From: Squalus acanthias
Taxonomy: Eukaryota
DNA: 64,000 nt
Assembly (NCBI GenBank): GCA_030390025.1
Contig: CM059432.1
Span: forward strand, 88,290,001 to 88,354,000
Direction: 5' to 3'
In this document: piece by piece, positions 13,383 to 23,971 of the stretch
How the letters are laid out: each line of letters begins with the position of its first letter
Numbering within the stretch: position 1 is the stretch's first letter
The notes under the pieces: generated by a model
Databases searched by the model: none
What the model saw: the letters and a program-made list of their open reading frames with translations, nothing else
Told to the model about the DNA's origin: nothing
Position numbers and translations under genes: made by a program

Positions 13383-13778
13383 TATAGACTTCTGAGTTAA
13401 TCTCTGTGGATGTTTGCAACTTAGTGGAGTTGACTGATCACATGAGAGTGTGACTTGTGTGTAATGAGGAAAAGGTACAGAGAAACCTTTGGCAATGCCA
13501 GTCTTTGTGATGCAGCTGGGGTAGGGGCAGATACAGGCAGGGGGAAATTTTATTTGGTTTCACAACTTTTATTCACTTGGCCGTAAATTGCTGCCTCCTT
13601 TGTCTGGGTGCTGGTTGCTGGCTCAACTCTACCACCTCCCCTTCTCTAAATGTGGGGATGGAGTGCCTTCTCCCTCTTTATATTATCATCCCCTTTATCT
13701 TCAGGAAGTAATAATCCTTTTTGAATTGTGAAACTATGCAGAACGCAGCAATCAACAATATATCTGGAGATACTCGAT

Positions 13779-15200
13779 GGGCCGTATTGCAGGGCTCCAT
13801 CAGATTTATCTAGATTAAAACTAGAGTTAAAAATGCCTATGTTCTACTCTATTGAAACTCTTATAATCCCATGAGCCGCATATTTGTTCAAAAAATGGCG
13901 GCCGCCTTGCTTCCAGCGCGGGACACGGTGACCGCCATTTTGGAGAGGTCAATAGTGCTGCCATTGCAAATGTGCAGATTGTGACATCAATTGGCATGCA
14001 ACGTGTGATTTGGTGCATGACTGCGATTTTTTATGTCAGTGCACGCCATAACACCCTCTCCTAACCACGCACGGAAGAACGTGCGTGCAGCAGTACTGCA
14101 GAGACGCTGTCAGCGCTTCTTAAAGGGACACACACATCTTTCAGGTAAGATTTGATTTCAGCTTTTGGACTTCTTGTTATATTTTATTGAAGTAGTGGCT
14201 TGTGCAATACATTAAAAAAGTTACTAAAGTGTGCAGGGAGTGCTGCTCGACGCTTTCAAGGCTTTGGATGTTAAAGGAAGGCCTCTGAGAAGACAGAAAA
14301 TGCTGCAAATACTCAACAGGTCAGGCAGCATCTGTGGAGAGAGAAACAGAGTTAACGTTTCAGGTTGATGACCTTTCAGATGCTGCCTGACCTGCTGAGT
14401 ATTTCCAGAGTTTTCCGTTTTTATTTCAGATTTCCAGCATCTGCAGCATTTTGCCTCTGAGAAGACCACTTGCTCACAGTCCTGGGTGTACATGGAGATG
14501 AAGCAGAAGCAGTAAAGGGGACAAGCTGCTCGCAGAGGGAAGATGAAGAAGCAAAAGAGGAAGAAGGAAAAGAGGAGGAAGCAGAAGAGAATGAAGCAGA
14601 AGAGGAAGAAGCAGAAGAGGAGGAAGTGGAAGGAAGGATGCAACCAAGACAGCCCCTTTCTGGCCGGGATATCTGGGATGGAATCATCCACCTGCGGTCC
14701 CAGTGACCACAACTCCAATTCCCCTTTCAACATGTGTCCTACACCTTACCTTCTCTCTGTTACTGACTATCACAGCGTCCTCTTGGCCACAATACTGAAA
14801 TAAAAGCCACCACAAAGCAAACTTTCCAATCTAATTTTATCCATATATGCATCCAATATGAAATCAACTAATCACCCTTGCGCATTCCCTTAGTGACTGT
14901 CTTGTGTGTGCTTTTTCCTATCCGACTGATGTCACAAAGTGCTACCCCAGTGGCTGCAGCATGGCTGGTGGAAGGCTGCTGACTTTCAGTGGGGGACACT
15001 GCAGATCCCTTGCCGGTTGACCTTGAGGAGCTGGTGGCTGGGAGTGTCAAATCGAGTGACGGGGTTTCTTCTTCACTCTCCTCTCCCTCTTCTTGGTCAA
15101 CCACTGGCTGGGCAGGCTGGATTTCTTGAGTGTGTGAAATGAGGAAGGCACAAGGGCAGGGTTGTGGTGATGGGAGGGCAGGAAAGCAAGAGCTGCATCA
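13779..15200. mobile_element. Non-autonomous Harbinger derivative, family A, copy 2
   Basis: Colinear with 2654-3900 over >1 kb; includes a GAA-rich acidic tract at 14540-14640. Confidence 0.75.
14295..14452. mobile_element. Penelope-type fold-back element with 14-bp TSD
   Basis: Inverted arms (AAATACTCAACAGGTCAGGCAGCATCTG / CAGATGCTGCCTGACCTGCTGAGTATTT). TSD GCCTCTGAGAAGAC at 14281-14294 and 14453-14466. Hammerhead-like remnant on the minus strand at 14351-14379. Confidence 0.8.
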
Positions 15201-15335
15201 CCTCTTTAGTGATATGGTGAAATAGTGGAACTCCTATCTAAATAAAGTGCATATAATGATATTTACCAAAAATACAATTACTGACCCTCCCAAGATCTGT
15301 GACAAAATTGGCAACACAATACATTAGAAGTTGTT

Positions 15336-15817
15336 GGCCTGAAAATCTGCAGCCCATCCAGCACATGTTATGGTGGGATTGCATCGGAAGGGCCACAAAT
15401 GAGATATACGGGTCCTGGTCTTACTTTGAGGACTTGTAGGGGTGCAGCCTCCACCTGCTCCAAAAAGGGCCAGCATGATAAAAGGGGACAGGGCCAGGGG
15501 TGGGAACCTGTACCTGGCCTCACAGTCAGTGGGCACATTTATGGTGGTATTGTAGCGGGCTGCTGGGGGTGAGGATGCCTGGCACTGCTCTAGGCAGCCA
15601 CTCTTCCTCCCCACAATGCAGCCCTATGGAGCAAGGCGGGAGGCCTAGATGTGTGCCTGGTGGTGTGGGTGTTCGTCATTGACATGGAAATTAAGAGACC
15701 TCTCTGGACCCTGTTCATTTTGGCAGAGTTTCTAGCTGATATATCCAATCACATATGCTGGGACCGCCCCACCCCTCCCCCACCACTCCCCACACTCCCC
15801 CTGCAGATTTTCAGTCA
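15336..15817. mobile_element. MITE
   Basis: Perfect 14-bp inverted repeat CTGAAAATCTGCAG (15339-15352, 15801-15814). Confidence 0.7.
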
Positions 15818-15871
15818 CTCGCTGTTTATCTTTCACTGTTTATTGGACAAATCTTAAAAGAGAATTATAAT

Positions 15872-16400
15872 GGGCCAGAATTTGCTGGGACCTTGGTGAA
15901 CAGTGAGACCAACAGCGTATCTCCTTGACCAGCCAGATTTAAGGATTGAGAAACAAACAGAGGAAGGATTGAGAAGGAAGATGATTGCGAGTGTGTGAAT
16001 TCAATGTCAAATCAGGTTCAGAAAGAGAAATAAAGAGAGGGAAAGAAAGATTGGATTAAAAGAGAGATTAAAAAAAAGGAGACACAAAGGAAAAGTAAGA
16101 AAAAAAATGTAATATTTAAAATTTGACATTTTTAAAATCTCCGACAATTCATGACCTGAGGAATGAGACTCAACACTTTTAATTGTTCACCTTCTAAGCC
16201 AGCGAGGTTGATTGGCAGTCATTAACAATTATCACGTTGTTAAAAGGGTGCTTATGCTATGAATTACTGGACTTAACTTTCTGTGGCAAGTTCAATGGGC
16301 AATTAATGTGCAAATCCAGCAACTTCATGAAACTCACGGGAGATGCCGTTTTTGCAAAGCTGATTTGCAATTTGTGGGGTGTGTCATTCACATGGCGTTA
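15872..16400. mobile_element. Decayed Harbinger-type MITE
   Basis: Starts GGGCCAGAATTT, like 42330. Right end not resolved. Confidence 0.45.
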
Positions 16401-16513
16401 CTTTTTCAACAAATTATTTTCTCCATCTTTTTCATACAAATCTTTGAAATGCTGACTTAAAATTTATAAAGCGCCTTATTACATTTCTCAGAAACGTCTC
16501 AAAATGCTTCACA

Positions 16514-16996
16514 TACATTCCCTGCACTTTCCCTGCACATTCCCTCTACATTCCCAGTACATTCCCTGTACATTCCCTGCACATTCCCAGTACATTCCCT
16601 GTGCATTCCCCGCACATTCCCAGTACATTCCCTGCACATTCCCTGTACATTCCCAGTACATTCCCTGTACATTCCCTGCACATTCCCAGTACATTCCCTG
16701 TACATTCCCCGCACATTCCCAGTACATTCCCCGCACATTCCCAGTACATTCCTTGCACATTCCCAGTACATTCCCTGTACATTCCTGCACATTCCCAGTA
16801 CATTCCCTCTACATTCACCGTACATTTCCCGTACATTCCTTGTACATTCACTGCACATTCCCAGCACATTCCCTGTACATTCCCTGCACATTCCCAGTAC
16901 ATTCCCTGTACATTCACCGTACATTTCCCGTACATTCCTTGTACATTCACTGCACATTTCCTTTACATTCCTTTTATATTCACCGTACATTCCCTG
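16514..16996. repeat. 11-bp minisatellite (ACATTCCC-TGT/AGT/TGC)
   Basis: About 44 tandem variant units read directly; explains five overlapping spurious ORFs. Confidence 0.97.
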
Positions 16997-17447
16997 TGGT
17001 TAGAAGGAATATCTGAAAAAAGTGCTCCTTTTTAAATGTTTTTTACTCACTCGATGTTTGTAGTTATCCAATCACCTTTATCTAGTTTTAGAATGTATGT
17101 GAAGAGTCTAAAGCATTACTCTTTCTTCCTGTGGTAGGATGCCCCATCTGGTGGCCTGGCTAAGAATTGACAAATTCTTCACACTTAACAGAATTGTAAA
17201 GGCGACTGGCTGCTTGATCTGGGATTAATGCCCCAATTACACTGCACTTTGGGCACTGATACAGCAGAATCTTACAGATTATTAACTCAAATTAAAAAAA
17301 GCTACTATGCACTTTCTGCTGTTCCAGAATACAAAAAAAAGCACCAAAAGCTACAAGCCAACTACCATCACCAGGTTGGTTTTAAATGCGAGGGAACTGA
17401 TATTCACAGAGTTGACTGCAGTAAATGTGAGGTAGAATGAACTTTTC

Positions 17448-20126
17448 GGCCAGAATTTTGCCGGTGCTCAGAGGGCAGGTTTGGAGGTGGGTCTGCTGTC
17501 AAAATAGCCAATTTAATGCTATTTTGAGGCTTCCTTCCAATTTTACGTGCTCCCCCAGAGGTTACCCGCTGCTCGGGGAACATGCCAGCTCAACCTGGCG
17601 TGAGTTGAGTCTGCTCTGATGTTTCTGAAAAGCTGACAGCTGCAGAAGTGGTGTAAAGGATGCCATGTTGCAGATGGTCAGTTTTAGAGTGCAGAAACAT
17701 TTGGTTACTTCATTTGTAATACTTAGAGATTTCTTTAGCTTGCAAGGGTTTAGAGGCAACTGTATGTCCAGTGCCACCTCATTGGAACAAACTCTCTCAC
17801 CATTGACAGATCGCTTCTGTCATCTCTACTTCAGCTGCCATCTATTGCAGCAACATCGGTACCCTTGAAAAAATCAGACCTTGGTCCTCTGAATCCTTCC
17901 ACGATCAGCCCCAACACCAACATCACCAGGCACACTAACATCACCAACAACATCACCAACAACATCACCAACCTTCTCTGCCATCACCTGATGCTGCACT
18001 GGACACAGGGCATCATCCCCTGACAACATTGCTGCCCGGGAGGCCAGCGATGGCATCACCATGGCCAGACTTACTTCACTTGACGCTGTAAACCCTGGCT
18101 GCCACATGATGCGCCAGGTTGACACTATCCCACACCAGCACCGTGAAGCATCCCTTTAATATCCAAGCCATTCCATGCACACTCATCACTATAGCAGGGG
18201 TGGGGTGGGGGGCGGAAGTTATTTCTCAACATTCACTGGAACTCAGTAAGACACTTCTCAAGGTGCGCTCAGATCCAACGCTCTTCTCGATCTTCCTTGC
18301 GGCAATGCTCCATTTCACCCTCAGTAAGCTCCCCGCTGGAGTGGAGCTAATTTACAGAACAAACAGGAAACTGTTCAACCTCCGTCGCTTCCAGTCCAGA
18401 TCCAAGGTCGTCCCTTCCTCTGTCGTCGAATTACAGTATGCAGACGATGCTTGCGTCTGCGCACACTCGGAGGTCGAACTCCAAATCATCGTTAACACCT
18501 TCACCGAAGCGTACGAGAGCATGGGCCTTACACTAAACATCCTCTACCAACCTGCCCCCGCCACACTGTACTGCCCCCCGATTATCAAAATCCATGACAA
18601 GGCCTTGGACAACGTGGACCACTTTCCATACCTTGGGAGCCAACTGTCAACAAGGGCAGACGTCGATGACGAAGTCCAACACCACCTTCAGTGTGCCAGT
18701 GCAGCCTTCGGTCACCTGAGGAAGAAAGTGTTTGAAGACCAGGACCTCAAACCCGGCACCAAGCTCATGGTCTACAGAGCAGTAGTAATACCCGCCCTCC
18801 TGTATGCCTCAGAGACATGGACCATGTACAGCAGGCACCTCAAAGCACTGGAGAGGTAGGATAGGCGCACCAACGTCAGTGTTCTCGCTCAGGCCAACAT
18901 CCCCAGCATCGAAGCTTTGACCACGCTCGCTCAGCTCCGATGGACGGGTCACATCGTCCGCATGCCCGATACGAGACTCCCAAAACAAGCGCTCTACTCG
19001 GAGCTCCGACACGGCAAGAGAGCTTCAAGGACACCCTCAAAGCCTTCTTGAAAAAGTGCAACATCCCCACCGACACCTGGGAATCCTTGGCCCAAGACCG
19101 TACAAAGTGGAGGAGAAGCATCCGGGAATGCGCCGAATACCTCGAGTCTCTTCGCCGGGAGCAAGCGGAAGCCAAGCGCAAACAGCGGAAGGAGCGCACG
19201 TCAACCTAAGCACCCCACCCACCCTCCCCTTCAACCACCATCTGCCGCACCTGTGACAGAGACTGTAGGTCCCGCATTGGACTCGTCAGTCACCTGAGAA
19301 CTCATTTTTAATGTGGAAGCAAGTCATCTTCAGTTCCGAGGGACTGCCTAAGAAGAGAAGAAGAGAAACTTTACATGGACATTGGCTAAACCTTTCAAGT
19401 GCCTACCCTTGTGTGTTGTTAGTTGGTATGCTTGCAGTAGGATGAGGGTGAGTGTGAGGGGTGGCTAGTGAGATGGGGAAGTGATAATGTAGACAGAGAG
19501 GGTTGGGTGGAGGTGCAAGGTAAGTTGGTGTGAGTAAAGATGTAGGGTAGGGAAGGCAGAGTGATGGGGACGTGTTGAGTGGCACAGCAGGGTGAGTTTG
19601 AGTGCGGCTTTGAAGTAACGTTTCGTGATCCACTGAGATCATTGAAAGGTTGGCGCCACTGCAGCCAGGACCCCTGACGACATCCCTGCTTTTGCGCTCC
19701 TGTGCAATGTGCAACCAGGCTGCATTGCTTTCCCGGGGAGGTCTCTTCCACCCTTGGAAGGGAAGAGAACCTCCCCGCTTGCTGTGACCCCTTCCATAAA
19801 CATATAGAGGGAGTCATTGGAGAGCCTGGGTGCAAGCGTCCACCTTTGTGCAGTGATTGTTTACAGCACCTCAATGCTGTCAAGCACTGACAGAACAACT
19901 GTCAAACTCAATGTGGCCATGGTCCCTTTATGGAAACCGGCTGATGACGCGTCATCAAATGACATCATCAGACCCTGTTAATTGGCCGGGAAGCCTGCAG
20001 GGTGGGCTTAATAAGGCCAATCAAGGGAAAATCCCTTTGACAGAACGGCTGCAGCCAGGATCGTGACTGGAACCCGGAAACCAGCTTTCCCGCCACCATC
20101 CCAACACCACTGATAAAATCACGGCC
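17448..20126. mobile_element. Non-autonomous Harbinger derivative, family B, copy 1 (with RTE insertion)
   Basis: Ends GGCCAGAATTTT / AAAATCACGGCC; colinear with 45125-46834; antisense Myb exon-1 remnant (WLQWRQPFNDLS, ~19630-19680). Confidence 0.8.
18275..19363 (+). mobile_element. RTE-clade (BovB-like) LINE, 5'-truncated
   Basis: PTLFSIFLAAML, ELQYADD, FPYLGS, YRAVVIPALLYASETW, LRWTGHIVRMPD, KDTLKA, C-terminal zinc-knuckle-like remnant, (AAG)-type tail. Confidence 0.92.
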
Positions 20127-20467
20127 TAAATCTTTAAAAAAATTAATTTTAATGTTTTTATCCGATCTGTTCACGTTTACAATTGTGGAAATCTTAGTCA
20201 GTGAACAATCCAAATATTAAGTGAATGCATGAGAATTTTACATCGGCTGTAATTTTTTTGAGGGAAAGGAGTATATAAATAGTTGTGATACAGCAATAGC
20301 ACAGTTATCACCAGTTCAAAGCTTCTATAGCAGTAAAGTTATTGCCAACAAGTAAGCTATTATTTAAGGATGGGCAGGAGCTCTCTGGCCCCCTCCTGAA
20401 CACATCATCACGGGAATCTGCAATTACAATTCGATCTATTCAATAACAAACTTTTCCAATAAACTCT

Positions 20468-20611
20468 GGGAGTAATTTTGATTTTGGGTGATAGTGTAAA
20501 ACGGCCGATACCGAATCTGCCGCCCATTATACTGAGGCCATTGATTGAAGCCACGTGCGACTGATTTGATATCGTCCATTTACACTATCACCCAAAGTCA
20601 AAATTACCCCC
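20468..20611. mobile_element. 144-bp palindromic MITE
   Basis: ~40-bp imperfect TIRs GGGAGTAATTTTGATTTTGGGTGATAGTGTAAA / TTTACACTATCACCCAAAGTCAAAATTACCCCC. Confidence 0.85.
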
Positions 20612-20769
20612 ACTCAATTTCCCCCTCCCAGTTTTCTTCTGACCTGAAGGCCACTGATTCATACTAAAGTACAATAGTACGGGAACTAAGCACCATCCAG
20701 TAACACATTGACGTGTTCATTCTTTCATTATCACAACTCCTCTGATAATGAACTAAAACATCCAGCTTA

Positions 20770-21545
20770 TAGCAGGGCCTCAATAACATCTAGGCTCGGG
20801 CTGACAAGTGGCAGGTAACACTCACACCAAATAATTTCCAGGTAATGACCATCTTGAACGAAAGAAAGCCCAGCTATCCCCCTCGCTCTCAATGGCACAA
20901 CCGTCGCTGAACCCCCTCCCCCGCTATCAATATCTTGGGGGTTTGGGATCACCATTGACCAGAAGCTTAACTTGACCAGCCACATCAACATTGTGGCTAC
21001 ATAATCAGGACAGAGACTGGATACTTTGCGATGAGTGGCTCACCTTCTAACTCTCAAAGCCTCTCCACCATCTACAAGACTGTGCTCAGGAGTGTGAGTC
21101 ACCAGTCGCTTGAATGGGTGCAGTCACAACACTCAAGAAGCTCGATACTATATAGGGCAGAGCAATTTACTGATCAGTGCCCCTACCATTGGACTCGATA
21201 TCCACCCCTATATCACTGGTGAACTGTGGCTGCAGTAGGTAGGACCTGGGGATGCACTGCAGCAACTCACCAAGCTTACTTCGACAGTACTTCCTTCTCT
21301 GTGACCTCTATCACCAAAAGGGACAAGACCAACAATGTTATGAAAACTTGTAGTTAGTTCATCTATATGTCATATACCATTTGGACATGGACATATATCA
21401 CCATTCCTTCACTGTCACTAGCTCAAAATCTTGGAATTCCCTACCTAACACCATCATGAGAACGTCATCAACACAAAAACTGCAGCAGTTCAAGGAGAAG
21501 GCCCACGTAGAACTTATCAGGGTAACTAGGGAAGGACAATAAATT
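20770..21545 (+). mobile_element. Old CR1-Zenon-like LINE 3' fragment
   Basis: Diverged match to 56100-56850 (GGGCTGACAAGTGGCAGGTAACA...; CCATCTACAAG...). Confidence 0.8.
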
Positions 21546-22178
21546 AAATCTCGACAGCTTCAGTGAAATCATTTTAAGATTTTTTTTAAAGTATGCGCAT
21601 AAATAGTGACTGCTATTCCACCACAGAAGCATCACAGCCAAGCCTGATTCTGTCATCACCTGATGTTAAATCATAAGATCGCACGATAGATTCAAATGAA
21701 GGGCGGTCATTCTTAGTTCATCCAACCAGGAAGACCTAACAGTCTGACATCCAACCATCTCTAAACTGATTCTAGGGGTTTTGCTCTAATATTGCATCCA
21801 GAAATCCATTCTATGTGTTGATTACTCTTTCAATGGAGAAGAAGCTCCTGACATCCATCATAAATTTGCTTTTTACTGGTTTGAATTGTGTCCCCTTATC
21901 CTGCTATTAATGTTTAGTTGCAGAGCACTCCCTTTCCCAATGACACAGAATATACCTTTACTTGACCAATATAAAGGTAGCTTGTTGTGAGCCCAGGGGT
22001 CAAACAGAGAACCCTGTGACTGTATTTCTGTTTACTGGTTAGATCACATGCCTTCACATGGTCTTCCTCAACTCTGGAACACAGTAGAGTATACACTTTA
22101 CTAGACCATAGCATTGGCTAAAAACTGCCAAAAGATTTATCAAACAATGATGGATAAGTGAACAGAATTAATGACACA

Positions 22179-22249
22179 AATAAAAACAGAAAATGCTGGA
22201 AATACTCAGAAGGACAGGCAACATCTGTGGACAGAGAAACAGAGTTAAC
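22179..22249. mobile_element. Penelope-type fold-back, left arm (right arm at 31271-31382)
   Basis: AAAACAGAAAATGCTGGAAATACTCAG...GAGAAACAGAGTTAAC. Degenerate 15-bp TSD AGAATTAATGACACA (22164-22178) / AGATGCAATGACACA (31383-31397). Confidence 0.8.
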
Positions 22250-22660
22250 GGGCTGGATTTTAATTCGCAGACGCGCTGGGAGTGGGGGGCGGGGAACGTC
22301 GGTCAGTGGTTTTTAACTCAGCCACCTCATTATCATTTTACTTTTGAGTTTCCCGTCCAATTAGCGACAACAGGCGTGATGACGACCCACATGACGTGAT
22401 CTGAATGGCAGTATTTAAAGGGACACTCCAAGCATGCAAGTGGAAGCAGTTGGGGTTGCCATGGAGAGACAAAGCAATTTTGCAATGGAGTCGAGACGGG
22501 TAAAGGCTGCGTCCATCTTCACCGACGCCTCCCTGGATGTGCTGCTGGGGGCTCTAAGGACCCGGAGGGAGATACTGTTCCCGAGTGACGGGAGGAAGAA
22601 GCCTGCAGCTGAGACACAGAAGGCGTAGTTGGAGGTTGCCCAGGAAGTCAGCAGCAGGAG

Positions 22661-23862
22661 AGGGGTCTATAACAAGGGGGCATAGATTCAAGGTAAAGGG
22701 CGGGAGGTTTAGAAGGGATTTGAGAAAAAACTTTTTCACCCAGAGGGTGGTTGGAGTCTGGAACTCACTGCCTGAATGGGTTGTGGAGGCAGGAACCCTC
22801 ACAACATTCAAGAAGCATTTGGATGAGCACTTGAAATGCCATAGCATACAAGGCTAAGGACCAAATGCTGGAATATGGGATTAGATTAGACAGGGCTTGA
22901 TGGCCGGCGCAGACACAATGGGCCGAAGGGCCTCTATCCGTGCTGTATAACTCTATGGGGTAAAAATTAGGTCGCGCCCCATTTGGGGCGCAAATATCGT
23001 CTGGACGCAAATATTAGCGCCTGGCGCTAATTATCGGCACTGACTGGAAACTTCACTTTTACCGCCCCGGGAGGTGAGTGGAGCGCTAAATCAGGCGCTG
23101 CACACCTGTCTTAAGGCGCAAAGGCCAAGGAGTGAGGCGCTAACTCAGAGCGCTGGCGAAGCTCATGTAATGTCAGTCAGCAATGGAACACACACACAAT
23201 GGCACGGGCCAGTTCTTAAAGGGGATGGTTAATCTTGCTTTCCATCCACATCCTGCTCATTGCAGCCTTGAATCTCAGCCTGGAGAGACTTGCACATCAA
23301 ATGTGCTGGAAAGAACAATGGAGAGTACCAGGCAAAGAGCTCAGAGTGCAGCTCCCACAGTCTCTGCTAAATCGATACAAGGAATGGCAAATCAAAATGA
23401 ACCTGCAAAGTGCTGCTCAGTACCCAAAACTCCTTCACACAACGTTGAATCTCTCCAGAAGTCTCTCCCTCTCTCTCTCAGAATGCGTAGTTCAAAAATG
23501 CCACCAACAATAAAAGACAGGAAGAGGCCCCCTTTAAATAGCGCCCCCCCCCAGCTCCACAGCGATTGATAGCGTTCCAGTCTTCCGGTCGTTGGATGCG
23601 CCAGGCGGTACGGCAGGGGGCGCCACTCAATTTCCGCTCCGGGGCGCCACAAGGGTGTTGCACCATGGAATGACGTCATAATCTGCGCGCGCAGGTGGTC
23701 GCAGCGGTAAGTTTTAGCGCCGCCGCACAATCTCTAGTTAAGTTCCCGAGCGGCGCAAACATCGCTGCGCCCGGGCGTTAGCGGCTTTGCGCCCCATTAG
23801 CGCCCTCTTAAGGCGCTAACGGGAGGCGCAACCAACTGAATTTTTACCCCTATGACTCTATG
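22661..23862 (+). mobile_element. CR1 3' fragment inserted in Myb exon 1
   Basis: TRGHRFKV...FTQRVVGVWNSLP and 3' tail; 5-bp TSD AGGAG (22656-22660, 23863-23867); removal restores the Myb frame. Confidence 0.9.
22957..23850. mobile_element. Harbinger-type MITE, family C, copy 2
   Basis: Perfect 12-bp TIR GGGGTAAAAATT / AATTTTTACCCC; TSD TAT (22954-22956, 23851-23853) in the CR1 tail. Confidence 0.93.
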
Positions 23863-23971
23863 AGGAGCGTGGTGCCACGCTCCTGGATCCAATGCAGGAA
23901 GCGCTTCAATGACCTAAGCAGCACAGGAAAGGTGAGAGCAATAGCACATTGCCCTACATCCTGATGTGCGT

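Noticed and set aside
14351..14379. Active hammerhead ribozyme
   Set aside because: The CUGANGA box is incomplete and stem II has a mismatch; reported only as a remnant.
14224..14803. Poly-Glu, poly-Phe and Ser-rich ORFs
   Set aside because: They come from a GAA-rich tract inside a non-autonomous Harbinger derivative.
16499..17035. Five overlapping Cys/Met- or Pro/His-rich ORFs
   Set aside because: They are translations of the stop-poor 11-bp minisatellite.
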